A DNA stretch of 64,000 nucleotides from Lama glama (Eukaryota), in assembly GCA_028534125.1 (NCBI GenBank), contig CM052816.1, positions 58,282,001 through 58,346,000 on the forward strand. The letters run 5' to 3'. Made by a program: the position numbers and the translations under genes. Each line of letters opens with the position of its first letter. Within the stretch, counting starts at the first letter, position 1. This document shows positions 22,624-36,537 of the stretch, piece by piece. The notes under the pieces are model-generated. The model did no database searches and was not told where the DNA came from. It saw nothing but the letters and a program-made list of their open reading frames with translations.

Positions 22624-25066
22624 ATGCCCGCCGGGCTGCAGGCGCCCCGGAACGAGGCTCTGCGCACAGATGGGCAAGAGCACGGAGAACAGGGACCCCG
22701 CGCCCCCAAGTGCTGTCAGCCCCGCGGCAAGGGACGCTCCCAAGAGGCCTGAGCTGAAGCCAAGGGGCGAGAGGTGAGGGATGGAGAGCGGGCGGGGACT
22801 CGGAAATGGAAAATGCCTTCGAGTCAAGCCACAGATAGAAGAGTCTCACCACTACCTAGCAGCGGCGGCAGCAGCAAAATCCACCTCACCACCCCTGCAC
22901 TGCTTCTTATCCCAGCCCCATATGTGGCAGCAAGAAGAGGGTGTTGCCTCCAGGCAGGTATATTTGCTGAACACCTTACTGGGCACTCTGTTGGGGAGGA
23001 GAGGCACAGTACATGAAAGAAAGAAAGAAATGGCCTTCCTCACCCTGGGTTCTTTGATGGAGTCTGTGTGGTAACAAGAAAAGAAGTAAAACAGACTAAT
23101 CCCAATTCAGCAGCAGTGTAGAGAGTGCAGAGAGCCAGATTCTTATTTCAGTCCTGGCCCCACCACTTACAAGCTGTGTGACTTTGGGCAAAATAAAGGA
23201 TACAGCCTTGTCTTTTGTAAAACCGAAAATTTTAAATGTACCTCACAATGTTATCAGGAAAGTGGAATGAGAGATGAGGTATGTAGAACCCGTGGCCCTT
23301 AGCACAATTAGCACCAAACCTCCCTGTCCCTCTCCACTGAACTTTAATGCTACCCAGACAAGTGGCTGTGTGCAGTATCTCAGCTTTTCCTCAGGGCAAA
23401 TTCAACAATTCTCAGAACCCCTCCTACCCACTACCCCTCCTGATATCTAAGAAGCCTGTCTAGAAAGAAAGTAAAAAGGGTGGAAAAATGCAATTTTCTG
23501 GTCATGGAATCTCCAGAGGGCAAAAGTCAACAGTGAGCCAGGTCCTCAGTGACTTGTGAAGACACTGTGTTGTTGTTGTTTTTTTAAAGACTGGAGTTCT
23601 TAGAGCCTGAATGCAAATGAAAGTCCCTGTAGGAGAGGCAATGTTTTCCCACTTTGACCCAGAAGCTTATACCACCTGCCTGCCCACCTGGTTTCTTCCT
23701 TTACCACAGCCTCTTTCTCTCAACTGCTCCTGGATCCATCCACTCTTGTCTATCCCTGTTACTCCCACCCCATTCCTGGACAGCTGCCCAACCTACTTCA
23801 TGCCTACTCCCAATCCCCACCAATCTTTTCTTGCTTTCCTCTAATCTATGTCACCTCTAGTCAGAGTGTTTTTCCCCTTAAACTACACTAATGGCTTCCC
23901 ATTCTAATAAACACTGAATCTAAATTCCTTATCCTGACATACGTGATCTGTACCCCTCTCCAACCTAATGTTCTACCATTCTGCCCCAGGCCTCTCCATT
24001 CCAGGCTCAGGAGCCTTCTTTTTGGTCTTCTAAGAGGCCAAGCTCATTCCTACTGCGAGGGCTTTATACCTACCTTGCCTGGAAAGGTCTTACTTCATCT
24101 CCAAAAGATTGACTGTTTCCTGTCACTTAAATCTCAGTTTAAATGTCCTTGACCACTCCATCTAAAGTATCCACTGATTTATTCTCCCACAGATTTATTG
24201 CTTAGTAGACGATTTGGGTTATTGGGACCGTTAATACATAATATGTGTCTGGTATTTCAATTATCAAGTATTTAACAGTTACTCAAATGCACACTGGGAA
24301 GCAATTCAAGAAGTAATTCTTCCTCTAACAAATAGCACACATATTAACAGCATCAAAATATTTTCCTTTGGGGTAAATGCAACTTGAAAATTAATCTAGC
24401 ACCTCCCCTAGCTCTGCCTTTCACACATACCTTTCAATTCCATACAACAAAACTTCAGTAGCAACACATATCACCATTTAAACCTTACAGACACACATTG
24501 GCACTCACTGCAGAAACCATTTCCAGGGATAAAAGTGTACTAAGCTTTAGAAGAAAAATAGTCCCAAATAAAATTTTAGCCCATCCTTCTGTAAAGATTG
24601 GGATATTCCCAATGTAATACTTTCTCTCAAACTGTGTTCTATCCAGATACAAGCAACAGCTTTTCCTTGGTGCCACTTCTATTCGAAAAATAGCTCAAAA
24701 GTTCAAGTCCTGCTGATGTTGGGTTGATGTTATCGTCTTCATGTGAGGAGGACACCACATTTAGTTGGGTTGGGAAAGGGACCCTTGGACAATCCTGTGA
24801 AGCAAGCCAAGGATATCTTGGTAATTTACATGCTGCAATACTTTTTTCACCTATGAACAGAATGACTTGATAAACTGTCTTTAGGAATCACGTGGTACAG
24901 AAAGACTCAGGCCATTTTCCAATCAAAGACAACTTAAGTAAGTTATAACAAGGAAGGGCATAAAAGTATGAGATATTCTACAGTCTTTACACCATGCCCT
25001 GTCAGGAGAATTTACATATTCTTGCTACTTTATAATGACTGCATTAGGGGAAAAAAGCCCATCTTT

Positions 25067-25653
25067 TTAAAAAATGTTTTTATTTGCATTCTTTTTTATT
25101 GAAGTATAGTCAATTTACAATGTTGTGTCAATTTCTGGTGTATAGCACAATGTTTCAGTCATACATATACATATATATATTCGTTTTCATATTCTTTTTC
25201 ATTAGAGGTTACTACAAGTAATTGAATACAGTTCACTGTGCTATACAGTATAAACTTGTTGTTTATCTGTTTTATATATAGTAGCTAGTATCTACAAATC
25301 TGGGACTCCCAATTCATCCCTTCCCACCCCCATCCCCCCTGGTAACCACAAGTTTGTTCTCTCTGTCTGTGAGTCTGTTTCTGTTTTGTAAATAAGGTCA
25401 TTTTTGTCTTTTTTTTTCAGATTCCACATATAACCAATATCACATGGTATTTTTCTTTCTCCTTCTGGCTTACTTCACTTAGAATAACAATCTCCAGGTC
25501 CATCCACGTTACTGAAAAGGGCATTATTATATTTTTTATGGCTGAGTAGTATTCTAGTGGGTGTGTGTGCACGCACGCACGCATGTATACTACAACTTCT
25601 TTATCCATTCATCTGTCGATGGATATTAGCTGTGGCCTTGTCATAAATGGCCC
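25067..25653 (-). mobile_element. 5'-truncated LINE-1
   Basis: ORF2 C-terminal EYYSAIK...ILSEVSQKEKEKY and a 3' UTR. TSD AAAAAAGC(C/A)CATCTTT at 25051-25066 and 25654-25669. Confidence 0.9.
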
Positions 25654-27346
25654 AAAAAAGCACATCTTTCATGCCCCCCAGCAAGGAAAGTCATAATTGG
25701 ATTTAATCACTATTTCTCATCTTAGAGATAGAAATGGGAGTCATGTTGCCTCGCAAAGAGAAGCAGTGACCAGTATGCGTCTGTGGAGATTTACTACAGA
25801 CAAATCTGTCTTAACCACTCCTTCTAAGATAGGGTAGGAGTTCTGCTCTTTGGAACAGCTGAATAAAGGAAATCTCATCAGCAGAGAGCTGAGAAACTAG
25901 TGCCAGTAACATCTACTTTTAATGCACTGTTATCTGAGAGAAAAATTTAAAAGACTGGAAAAACTTCTTCTGACTGATGTCTATCTCTTGGAGTTCTAGA
26001 ACTTTCACTATGAAAATTAAACCATTAATTGATTTGTGACTTGGCAAGAGAACAGAGTCTACACTGGTTTTGGCCTTAAAATCCTTAAAATATAGAGGCT
26101 GGTCAATATCACTAAATAATAACTCTAGAAGCCCTAAAATTGTTAAATAATGAGAAGACCACAGAGAATCAGATGCAAAAATGATGTTTTTCCCAAACGC
26201 CAGTTCCTCTCTCCCTCCTTCTTCAAATTTTGAATAATTTCGTTTCCTATATGGCCCACAATAGCACTGACCTTTTGAATTATCCTATTGCTCAAATGTC
26301 AGACTGCTTTGTTGTCCATAATCCCTTCTCATTCCTTCCCCAGCCAAGTCTTGTTCAACAGTAAAAACTTCCTCAGTTTCAATTGATTTCTTAAATTCTC
26401 AAATATTTGTATTTAAGATTGTTTCTTTTTACATGTATTTGTTGCACTTTCCCCCAAGTTAAACATCACTCTGTTCTCTTTGGTACACATTTGTAATCTC
26501 TTAGATGGCACACTTTCATTTCTACATTGTCTGCTCTCCACCCTCCCTGCCTCCAGAAGACAGATTACTTTCCATTGACACTCATCTTCTGTTTACTGAC
26601 TTTCAGTCCATTGCCTTTCAAAGGAACTGGTGTTCACTCTGTTCTGACTAAACATCTTTACCACTATCTAAAAGAAAATAATCTTTTAGGGAAGGACATT
26701 TGGTGTTGGTGCTAAATTGGGAGGTGTTGAAGATGCAGTAGGGAAGAATATGTGCTTTACAGACAGCCTCTGAAGGAGTAAAACAGGGGAAATTAGACAA
26801 AGCCTTCCATTATTTTTTTATGCTCTTAATTTAAAGGCTTTCAATTTCAAGGTTTTTGATTTTTAAAAATATGAATACCCAATATGTTGACAGCACTACT
26901 AAGTGACAGGAGGACTGCTAAGATAATCGAGACACAGTTTTTGCCATTGATCTTTGGGTCTCGTCATATCCACAAATACCCATAATACAACAGCTCAGTG
27001 AAATGAGGGTCTTAATAGAGAAAAAGAAGCCCAGAGAATCAGAGATTAATTCCCTCTAAAGATAGGAAGCTTCATGAAAAAATGGCGTATGAGCTGCTGG
27101 GTCTTAGCAGGTGGTTAGAATTTCAATGATAACAAACATCCCACTCTGGGGCCTTGGGTGCAAGCAGGCTGTGTAAATGAAGTCACAGAGCAAGGACATC
27201 TGGGGCAATACTAGCTGCTCTGGGTTGCTGGTAAGTAAGCTACATGGAGAATGAGAGGTGGCAATGTGTAAAGGGAAACAAGACTGAAAAACAACAGTAG
27301 AGCAGGAATAAGAAAATCCAGTGCAGCAATAAATAGTTCTAAATTT

Positions 27347-27733
27347 ATAGAATAGATAAACAAGATTATACTGTATAGCACAGGGAAATATATACAAGAT
27401 CTTGTGGTAGCTCACAGCGAAAAAAAAAAGTGACAATGAATATATGTATGTTCATGTATAACTGAAAAATTGTGCTCTACACTGGAATCTGACACAACAT
27501 TGTAAAATGACTATAACTCGATAAAAAATGAAAAAAAATAAACAAGGACCTACTGTATAGCACAGGGAACATGTTCAATTTCTCATAATGAGATGTAATG
27601 GATATATATATATGTATGTATACGTGTAACTGAATCACTTCACTGTCCACCTGAAACTAACATTGTAAACTGACTACACTTCAATAAAAAATAAGAATTA
27701 AAATTTTTAAAAAAGAAATTAATAAGAAAAAAA
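27347..27733 (+). mobile_element. Two tandem LINE-1 3' ends (young inside older)
   Basis: ATAAACAAG...CTGTATAGCACAGGGAA occurs twice, each copy ending in an A-rich tail. Outer TSD AGTTC(T/C)AAATTT. Confidence 0.85.
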
Positions 27734-30569
27734 AGTTCCAAATTTGAATCCCATGAACAGGAAGCAGGAGAATAGGTGAACCCAATTAATACAATTTTCC
27801 AGTACTAACACTAAAAGCAAGTTTTTTAACCTGAAAGGTCTACCCTAAGAAAACTAGCCCACGTGAGGATATAGAGAAGAATCACTAATGAAGACATAAT
27901 TGTCTCAGGACAAAGAAATCTTTCTCTGGCTTCTTTTGCACAGCATACCTGGAGTGTAGTAGATGGAGTGCCACACCTAGCCCACACTCCCTATGCCACC
28001 TTCATCCCATCTTCTCCTCTAACTTTTCTGGGTCCAGGTCTCCTAAGCTTATAGGAAGTATAGGATTAGCACTAAGGCAGCAGACTAGAGTGCACCAAGA
28101 GATGAACTAGATTACTGATACTGAGCAACATGAATCCTTCAATGGCCGCTCATTGCCTATAGTTTCTAGTTAATTTTCACAGCATGGTGTCAACGTTTCG
28201 GATAATTTGTTCCTAGCCCATATTTCCAATTTCATTTTCCTCCATTCCCAACAAGTCCTATCAGATATCTCATATTTTATTTTGCAGGCACACCATACTT
28301 ATTTCTTGATTTTGCACTGAACTAGAGAAATAGACTAGGTTATACTAATAAGCAATCCAAAATCTCAGTGACTTGAAAAAAAAACAGATATATTTCTCAC
28401 TCATGTCATATGTGCATCAAGGGCAGACAGAGTGGTAAGTTCATCACAGATGCTCAGGGACGCAGGCTGACACAATAGTCACCATGTCTGATGTTACCGG
28501 TTGTGTTCCAGAGGGAAAAAAGAGCTCTGGACAGTCTTGAACATACTATTTAAAGCTCTGGGCCAGAAGTGATTTTCATTTTTGTTTCCAACTCACTAGT
28601 TTGAACTAGTCACACATCTCTATCAAAGTAAGAAGGACAAAATAAGAAGTGCAGTGTTGACATGTACCTAGAATACATTAATGACTACCATGTGCTTTTT
28701 GCACCTATACCTCTGCCTCTGTCCATATCCTTCCCGTGAACCACACCTTGAACATCTAAAAAGCTCATGCTTCAAGATACATCCTACCTGGAGCCTTCCT
28801 CATTCACTGCTCCATCACACCACCAGGTTTGCCTTGTTTTGTTTCCACAGATTTTTGTACATACACTTATTAAAACACTTCACCTGCATTATACCATAGT
28901 ACCCAATGTCTACCTCACTTGCTAGACAAGATCTTTGAGTACAGAGAATATATCTAATCACCTATGTATTCCCTCATCTGACAAATAGACGAGGAGAACA
29001 TTAGTTGCTATGAAATGAACAATTACCTTTAGACATTAACAAGATGACCATTCAATAAAGTACACAATCTATTACAGAATGGATTCATCCAAGCAGCTCA
29101 AAAGCACTAACAATTTACTACCCATAAACACTGTTATTGCCCTTGTACGAGGGGAAAAACTGTGCCAGAGGGGGTAAACTTGTTTCATAGTAGTCAGTTT
29201 CAGAAGTAGGATTTCTGGGGTTCGGATTATGGCCTCGCTTAACATTTTTTCCAACAAGGGCATTTCAGTTGCAAAATGGAAAAATTTTCCCTAATGCAAA
29301 ACTTGCTGTGTCACTAGGAAAAAGGATATTGTCTCCATGCTCTTGTTATAGACTTCCACTTCTTTGCTTTCCCCTCACATTCTCCATGGTGCAATATGGA
29401 AAGAAAATTGGAAAAGGATCACATCCTAAAAAAAATCTTGGGAAGTTTAAAACCTGTCCCTAATCACCAATCTCCACATTATAGACATAAAGAAGTGATT
29501 CCTGCGCTGGGCAGGGGTTTGGCTTAAATGGCATCTAAGGTCACTTTAAAAACCACTATTCTGAGACTCTTTTTTGCCTCCTTCAAAACTCATCGAAGTG
29601 AAGTCTATTTCTTTTGACATAAACTATAACCTCAGGAGAAACAATACCATCTGGCATGATCCAAAGAGGCAGGGCCTGAGGGCAAAAGTATATTTTATAG
29701 GAAGAAAGATTTTCAGCAAGTTTCTTCTTTACTTTTTAGAAGATCTCTGGCCCTGACATTACTGTGCATCAACAAAAGTTTCATCTGGTTCTAGTTTTAA
29801 GAGTACATTCATCATGTTGGCTTGGCTTACCAGCTAAGTCAGACCCCACTTCTCCTGCTCTGCAAGCTAGATGGATTGACATTCAGATCTGTTCTTCCCA
29901 TCAAAATGCCTCACTAAAGCCGGCCTGGCAAGCCCTCTGAGATAGGCTAGCAATCATTCCTTAAGCTTCTCCAACATTTGTAGGAAGTCCACAGGGAACT
30001 GTGCTTACTATACAGGAAGGGGAGATTAGAGTGGGACTTAGAACAGACTGAAATCTAGAGAATGGCATGCTTGCCCAAGGTTATATGTCACGTTTTCCTC
30101 TCCTATTAAGTGATTGCTGGAAGACAGTTGTTTGAAAACCCAGTTTAACCTCAATAACAGGATTATGGACAAAGAAGGTTCTTATATTTCTATACAAAAG
30201 AAGCTTAGGGAGTTTAAGGAAGGCAATCCAATTAGAAGAGTGGTGCCAGAGGGGCATGCCTTAAAGCTGCATTTGCCAGAGTTCACTTTTTTAGGGGGAA
30301 TCTTAGGGAGGTGACAATGGCGGTTATGGAGATGATAAAAAAAATCCTCAGCTTTCTTCAGTGCCCCATATTCTCTTAACTTTCCACCCTTCTCAGGAAA
30401 AGATAGTTCTTTAACAGTTCTCTCCTATCTTAGGCTCTGGGGACCCTACACCCATTCATCTGAGGGTGTAAATGTAAGTCACTGAGCTTTGGGGGTCATT
30501 TGTTACTGAAGCATAACCTAATACTTCAGGTAGATAGACTACTGTATCCATCAACATATCTCATAGATT

Positions 30570-31446
30570 GTATTCATTATTTATTGCTGCATAACAAATT
30601 ACCACAAAACTTAGTGGCTTAAAACAACCTATTCTTTGTTTTAAATTTTTAAAAATTTTTATTTTTCTGAGGGGGAAGGTAATTAGATTTGTTTATTTTT
30701 GGTACTGGGGATTGAACCCAGGACCTCATGCTAAACATGCACTCTACCACTTGACCTATACCTGCACCCTAAAACAACCTGTTCTTATTATGTCACCATT
30801 TCTGTGAGTCAGGAATGCTGTGTGGATTAGCTAGGTTCTCGGCTTCAGGGTCTGTCATAGGACTATAATCAAGGTATCAGCCCAGGGTCTCTCAAAAGGC
30901 TGCAATCACAAGATGTTGTCTAGGGCTGCATTTATCTCCAGGCTCAACCAGGGCAGGATCCACTTCCAAGATAACTCAGTGGTTGTTGGTAAGATTCAGT
31001 TCCTCATAGGCTGTTGGACTGAGGCTTCAGTTACTTGCTGGCTCTTGCTCAGAGGACACTGTCAGTTCTATTCAAACAGCCCTCTCCATCCAGAGCAAGC
31101 ATGAGAGAAGAGCCTGAGAGAGAATGACAGCAAAAGAGCAGTCCTCGGAAAAGGCAAGAAACAGAGTCTCCTTGAGAGTATGCAGAAAGAACACAGTCTT
31201 CATTTTAGCCCAGTAAGACCCATCGTGGAATTATGATCCCCAGAACAGTAAGATATTAAATTTGTGTTATTAAAAAAAAAAAGAGCATTCATCTCTCCTA
31301 ACTTAATCACCAAAGTGACATTCCATCATTTTTACCAAATTCTATTCACTAGGTCCTGCCCACACTCAAGGGCAGGGGACTGCATAAAGCCGTGACTATC
31401 AAGAGGCAGGGATCATTGGGAACCACATTAGAAACTGTCTACCACA
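30570..31446 (-). mobile_element. MaLR (MLT1-type) LTR hosting a SINE and a second MaLR fragment
   Basis: TGTATTC...TTGCTGCATAACAAATTACCACAAAACTTAGTGGCTTAAAACAAC start and GTCTACCACA end. Similar MLT1 pieces at about 28310-28690, 47190-47630 and 58590-59040. Confidence 0.75.
30637..30769 (-). mobile_element. tRNA-derived SINE, Vic-1-like, inserted in a MaLR LTR
   Basis: Same head and tail as the other copies. TSD TAAAACAACCT(A/G)TTCTT at 30620-30636 and 30770-30786. Confidence 0.88.
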
Positions 31447-34400
31447 ATGACTTTGTCCAAAAAAAAATTGAATTAACAAGAATCGTGCAAGAGCCTAAGC
31501 TTGAGCGGTGAGGTGAAAAAGAGAATTGCAGTTTATAACTGGGTTCTGAAATCCAAACAGTCTAACTAAATACACTGCTTAACATATAGAAGATATAGAA
31601 GTCAAGCCAGAACTAAAATTCAAATCAGTATTATTTCCACTAGACAGAGATAAGTAAAGAATTATATAGCAATATAAGACAAATTGCATTCAACTGGAAC
31701 AGAAGCTAGGTTTTCAACTGCTAATTGAATTGTCAAATAAATCATTTAGACAATGAGTGAATAAGAAGTGTAGGGAAGGCAAGCTTTTTAGGCTGGGGAA
31801 ATTGAAAAGGTAGGTCATGGTACAAGCCAGGCTTTGAATGACGGAATTGTTGGAGCAGACTAGGGGAAAGTGTTCTTGGCAAGGGACTGGCCAAGCTGAG
31901 GCTTCTTCAAGGAATGCTAGTGTCATTGGGAAAAATTGCCCCAAATGATTCTGATATAACCTGACTGACAGATCCTCCCTGGTTGATGAGAACTGCTCAG
32001 GGGATCCTTGCATCATCTAGTGAGGGGTCAGGGAGTATGCTTTGCCCTACAAAGATCTCCAAGGCCAAGTCTTTTCAGGATTCCAATACACTGTCCTTAT
32101 AAAACGTGAACAGCTCAATAGCTGAGCCATGAGACTATACCCATTATAGATGAGTAGATTCAAGTTACTTCCATCCAGTTCAGCAGAAACTACCATGACC
32201 CCCTCATCTAAGAGGTCATGAGCACACCCCAAGGGGCTTTCCAAGAGTGGCTGATGTGCAGAGATAAACCTCCAAAACATAATAAGTAATTAAACCTTGA
32301 AGAAATACTTATTTATATTCATCTTGAGCAAACACTGTGTTCCCAATTCTGTAGGCAATAAAACTGGTAACTTAAGTAACTGGATTCAGGTCCCCAGACA
32401 AGTGGGAAGGAAGCTGGACTTAAATCCTCTGAAGAAAACTACTGTTTTCTTTCTTACACCTTCCTTCCATTTTAATATTATCAATTTGATCATTTTTTAA
32501 GGAGGTGAAAAAAAGAGGGAGCAAAAAAGAAGGAGAAAATGAAACTCAAATTCTAAAATAATTTTTAAATATGGTAAAAGACATTCCCTAATGACCAAGA
32601 TCTCCCTTGCTGCCTGAAAACCAAAATTATTTTCCGTGGGAAGCTGCAAAAATGGCATGTTGAGGATCCAAGTGCAAGCTGTGACTTTCCAAATGTGAAA
32701 TGGGACTGGCTCTGTTATGATGGAGACATTAATGCTGGGTAGATGGGAGAAGCCTTACAGCAAAGACCTCAGAGCAAAGATCTCAGCCTATGCCTGCCTG
32801 ATGAGGAGGGTCCCTGAAGAGCCACAGTGACAAGCATTTGTAATGCTTTATACCCAAGTGCAAATGTCATTTTCTGCCATTTGCTCTCTTGGCCAGGGCA
32901 GCCTTGAATGAAGACATCGCTGATGGATATGGCCTTTGCCTAGCACCCTGCAGCAGGGGTTGGAATGGATGGAAGCTGTAGCTTTGCCCACGGCAGCCAC
33001 CAGATACGCCCAGAGACCAATGTCCTTCAGTGCTTGCTAATAAAATTTCTCCTGAGGGGATAAAAAAAAGACTTCAAAAAAACCTGTCAAGTTTATTTTT
33101 TATTATTATGTTTTATTTCTGAAGCAAAGATGGTCATAAAAGATCAAGTAGCTTCTAACTATCATTATCTGTTTCCTAAGAATCTTAAGATTTGACATAA
33201 GATAGTCTTGTTGTTTGAGCATTTCAAGGAAAAACTTTGAAATAATTCTCTCTTCCTTTCTCATCTACTCTCTCCAGAATTTTATGAAATATTAGCTCTG
33301 GAGGTGGGAAGATAAAAGTCATAAAGGCCCAATTACATGTGAGTAAGTCAGGATGAGGTGAATGGGGCTAGCCCAGAGGGCTGGGAGACAAAAAATGCGG
33401 TGATCTTGATGCAAGACTTCATAAGCCCATTTCTCTGACACAGAGACCTGAAGCTGGAGTGTTACTTATGGGCAAACCCTAAGCAGAGGTTCCTAACTTG
33501 GCTGCAGGTTAGAATCACCTGGGGAGTTTTTTAAGCAATTCATCCTCAGAGACTCTGATTCAATCAGCATGGGACAGTATCCAGGTGAAGGCCATTTAAA
33601 AGTTCTGCAGGTAGAAGCCAGACTTTTCTCACTCTTTCAATGATCAGATGGCCTTCTTGGTGCCTACACACTGAACTGGCCTTTGGGTCAGTTAGCTTTG
33701 TTCTAGCCTTGGGATTGCAAACTCAGATATCTACAGGGGCCAGGAAGTAAGGTAAGGCATGAAGAGGGCCAGATACAAGGCAACAGAGAGTGGCAAAACT
33801 TCTGATTTTTTCAAAAGGAGATGGAAATTTGGATTTTTACATGAAACTTTCTGATTTTAAAATGTTGACAACTGATTTAACATGAAACTTTTTGAAGCTG
33901 CACAAGGCAGCATCCTTGGTTCCCACTCACAGCACTTCCTAAGGTGGGTCCTCAGGTGACCTGGCTATCTCTTTCTCTCCAGGATAAACTAGCAAAATTA
34001 AGGAAAGAGAGAGCAGCTTTACAAAGCTTGATTGTATGACCTGGTAAACAATGGCCCCCATCAGTATGGGGAAGAGAGGCAGGTTCTCATTTATACCCTT
34101 GTGTCTTGACATTTAATAAGACGGTGGTTACAGGGAGGGCACAGGAATATCCCCATAACCAAGATGGGGAACTCTGAGCCCAAGAGGCTTCACCAGACCT
34201 TAGAGAAGGATGTGCCACTGGGTGGCACAGGACTTCAGAAGAAACCCAACAAAAATAAGAAGGGGAATAACCGAAAGCCAAAAGATCATTGTTGAATCTT
34301 TTTGTTAAGATCACTAATCAGAAGGTATGGGATATAGGAAATAGCACAGGCACTGAAGCCAGACACTCACCCACTGCATAGCACTGGACAAACCAAACCA

Positions 34401-35423
34401 AACCATCCTCCAAGCCTCAGATTCCACATCCATAAAATGGGTATAAAAATATCTCCCCCATAGAGTTGCAGTGATGACATAAAATGAATATGGAGCACCC
34501 AGCACAGTGCCTGGCATACAGAATTCAGCCCATAAATTCTCAATCAGAAAAGGCAAACATTGTCATTCCTTTGGGACAGAATTAAAGCATCTCAGAACAC
34601 TCACAGTTGGAGAGCTCTCCCAAACACCTAATTCTATCGAACTCCTTTTGTTTATCTGCAACAGCTGATGAATACAGGTTCCTTCCACATAACTGAACAC
34701 AGGTAACAAATGCCTTCTCCCTTCGTAGCTCTCTCTTCCTTCCAGCATTTAATTAAGGGTCTAGTGATTCCTGTTGCCCTCTGAATTCCACCTGCCTTTA
34801 CACGTAGCTCAGGTATATTATGTATTACTATATTACTATATCACCTGCCACTCAGCTCACCAGGGTGTGAAAATGCCAGACCTTAACAGTCTGCATATGG
34901 CCACCCGACAGAATTACCCTTAGGAAGAGAACTTTTCATCCTCTTCAGATACAGAAACATCACCCAGGAGACCAAAACGTCACCCAAGGCATTTTCTCCC
35001 AAACTCTTTCTGCAAAGCCCTATCTTGCCTCTAGCTTCCACAGCCAGTTCTGAAATCACATTTTCCATCTTGGTGGGCTCTGCATTCCACAAAGCAGCTA
35101 CAGTCATGGCTCACCATCTTCCACGACATCTGTTTACATTCAATTTAATTTAAAAACATGTAGTGACTTCTATCTCCAGCCACTCTAAGGCCTTGAGGAG
35201 GTCAAGCTGAACAATACACAGCCCTTTGCCCGAGCTCCCACAGTACTAAAACTACAGACCAAATTTGCTTAAGGGGAAGACATCTCATCAGTGGTTAGGC
35301 AGCTTTTTATTAATATTTCTCTGCTCTGTATCTCTTCACCAAGACATCCATCTCTGATTCAGATTCCCTGACCCAGAAGTGGAGTGGCTATGACTATTAA
35401 CTAATATAACTGGTTCTCTTGGT

Positions 35424-35945
35424 AATTTTTTATTCAGGTAACATTGGTTTATAATATTATATAAGTTTCATGTGTACAACATTATATTTCCACTTCTCTG
35501 TACACTGCAGCATGTTCACCACCAAAAATTTAGTTTCCATCCATTAGCATGCAATTGAAACCCTTTACCTATTCTGCCCCCGTCTCCAACTCCTTCCCCT
35601 ATGGTGACCACTACTCTGTTTTCCATATCTACACATTTGTTTTTGCTTGGTTTGGCTTACTCATTTATTTTGTTTTTCATATTCCATATATGAGTGAAAT
35701 CAAATGGTATTTGTCTTTTTCCATCTGACTAATTCCACTAAGCATAATGCCCTCAAGGTCCATCCATGTTGTCACAGATGGCAAGATTTCATCTTTTTAT
35801 GGCTGAGTAGTATTCTGTTTATAAATATATACCATATCTTCTTTATCCATTCATTCACTGATGGGAATTTAGGTTGTTTCTGTATCTTGTCTATTGTAAA
35901 TAATGCTGCAGTGAACATAGGGGTGCATATACCTTTTTGAATTAG
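35424..35945 (-). mobile_element. LINE-1 3' fragment
   Basis: Typical antisense L1 3' text (ATGGCTGAGTAGTATTC...GCTGCAGTGAACATAGGGGTGC). Confidence 0.85.
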
Positions 35946-35992
35946 CTGTTACTGATTATTTAAAATTAAGAGCTTTTATGTGCAAATAGATC

Positions 35993-36537
35993 TTGAAGAC
36001 AATCATGATATGATACCCCAAATATGCCACTTTATCATAATGATAATTTTGGTAAGAATTGGAGCTGAAGGCAAGTAAGAATCAACAGATGCAGAAAGAG
36101 TTCTCTCCCCTCCCCTTATCTGCCTAAAAGCAGAAAATAAATTTTCCTTTGTGAAAGTGTCCCCCTCCCCCATACCAGAAGAGGAGAGTGACCCTTATTA
36201 GCGAAGATGGAGAGATAGCACCAAGGTGAGTCTACAGAAACAAAACTTACTAAAATCGCCCTTATCTTTCATTAGTTTCCTGCATATACTTCCTAGTTGC
36301 TTCCTCACAATTTACTGTCCCTTGAAGTCCAAACCCTCTTTCTTTTGTTAAGAAAGGTATATAAGCTCCAGACTAACTGCTTCATTGAGTTTCACTTCCT
36401 TTCTGTGAACTCCTGTGCACATAAATGTTAATTAAAATTGTGTATTTTTTCCTGTTAATCTGTCTAATTACAGTCAAATTTGCAGGCCCCCCAATCATTG
36501 AATCTAAGAGGTAGAGGAACAGATTTTCCTCCATAAC
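35993..36537 (+). mobile_element. ERV1-type LTR (MER34/MER39-like)
   Basis: ACCCCAAATATGCCACTTT...GAGCTGAAGGC...GGTATATAAGCTCC (TATA)...ATTAAAATTGTG...CTGTTAATCTGTCT. Confidence 0.6.

Larger units (their letters stand above)
21850..22870. promoter_or_regulatory. CpG island covering the CARTPT promoter, exon 1 and intron 1
   Basis: Visibly GC- and CG-rich compared with the CpG-depleted flanks. Boundaries are approximate. Confidence 0.85.

Noticed and set aside
22138..23074. Cluster of overlapping ORFs on both strands around the promoter
   Set aside because: Expected from stop-codon scarcity in a GC-rich CpG island; no recognisable protein.
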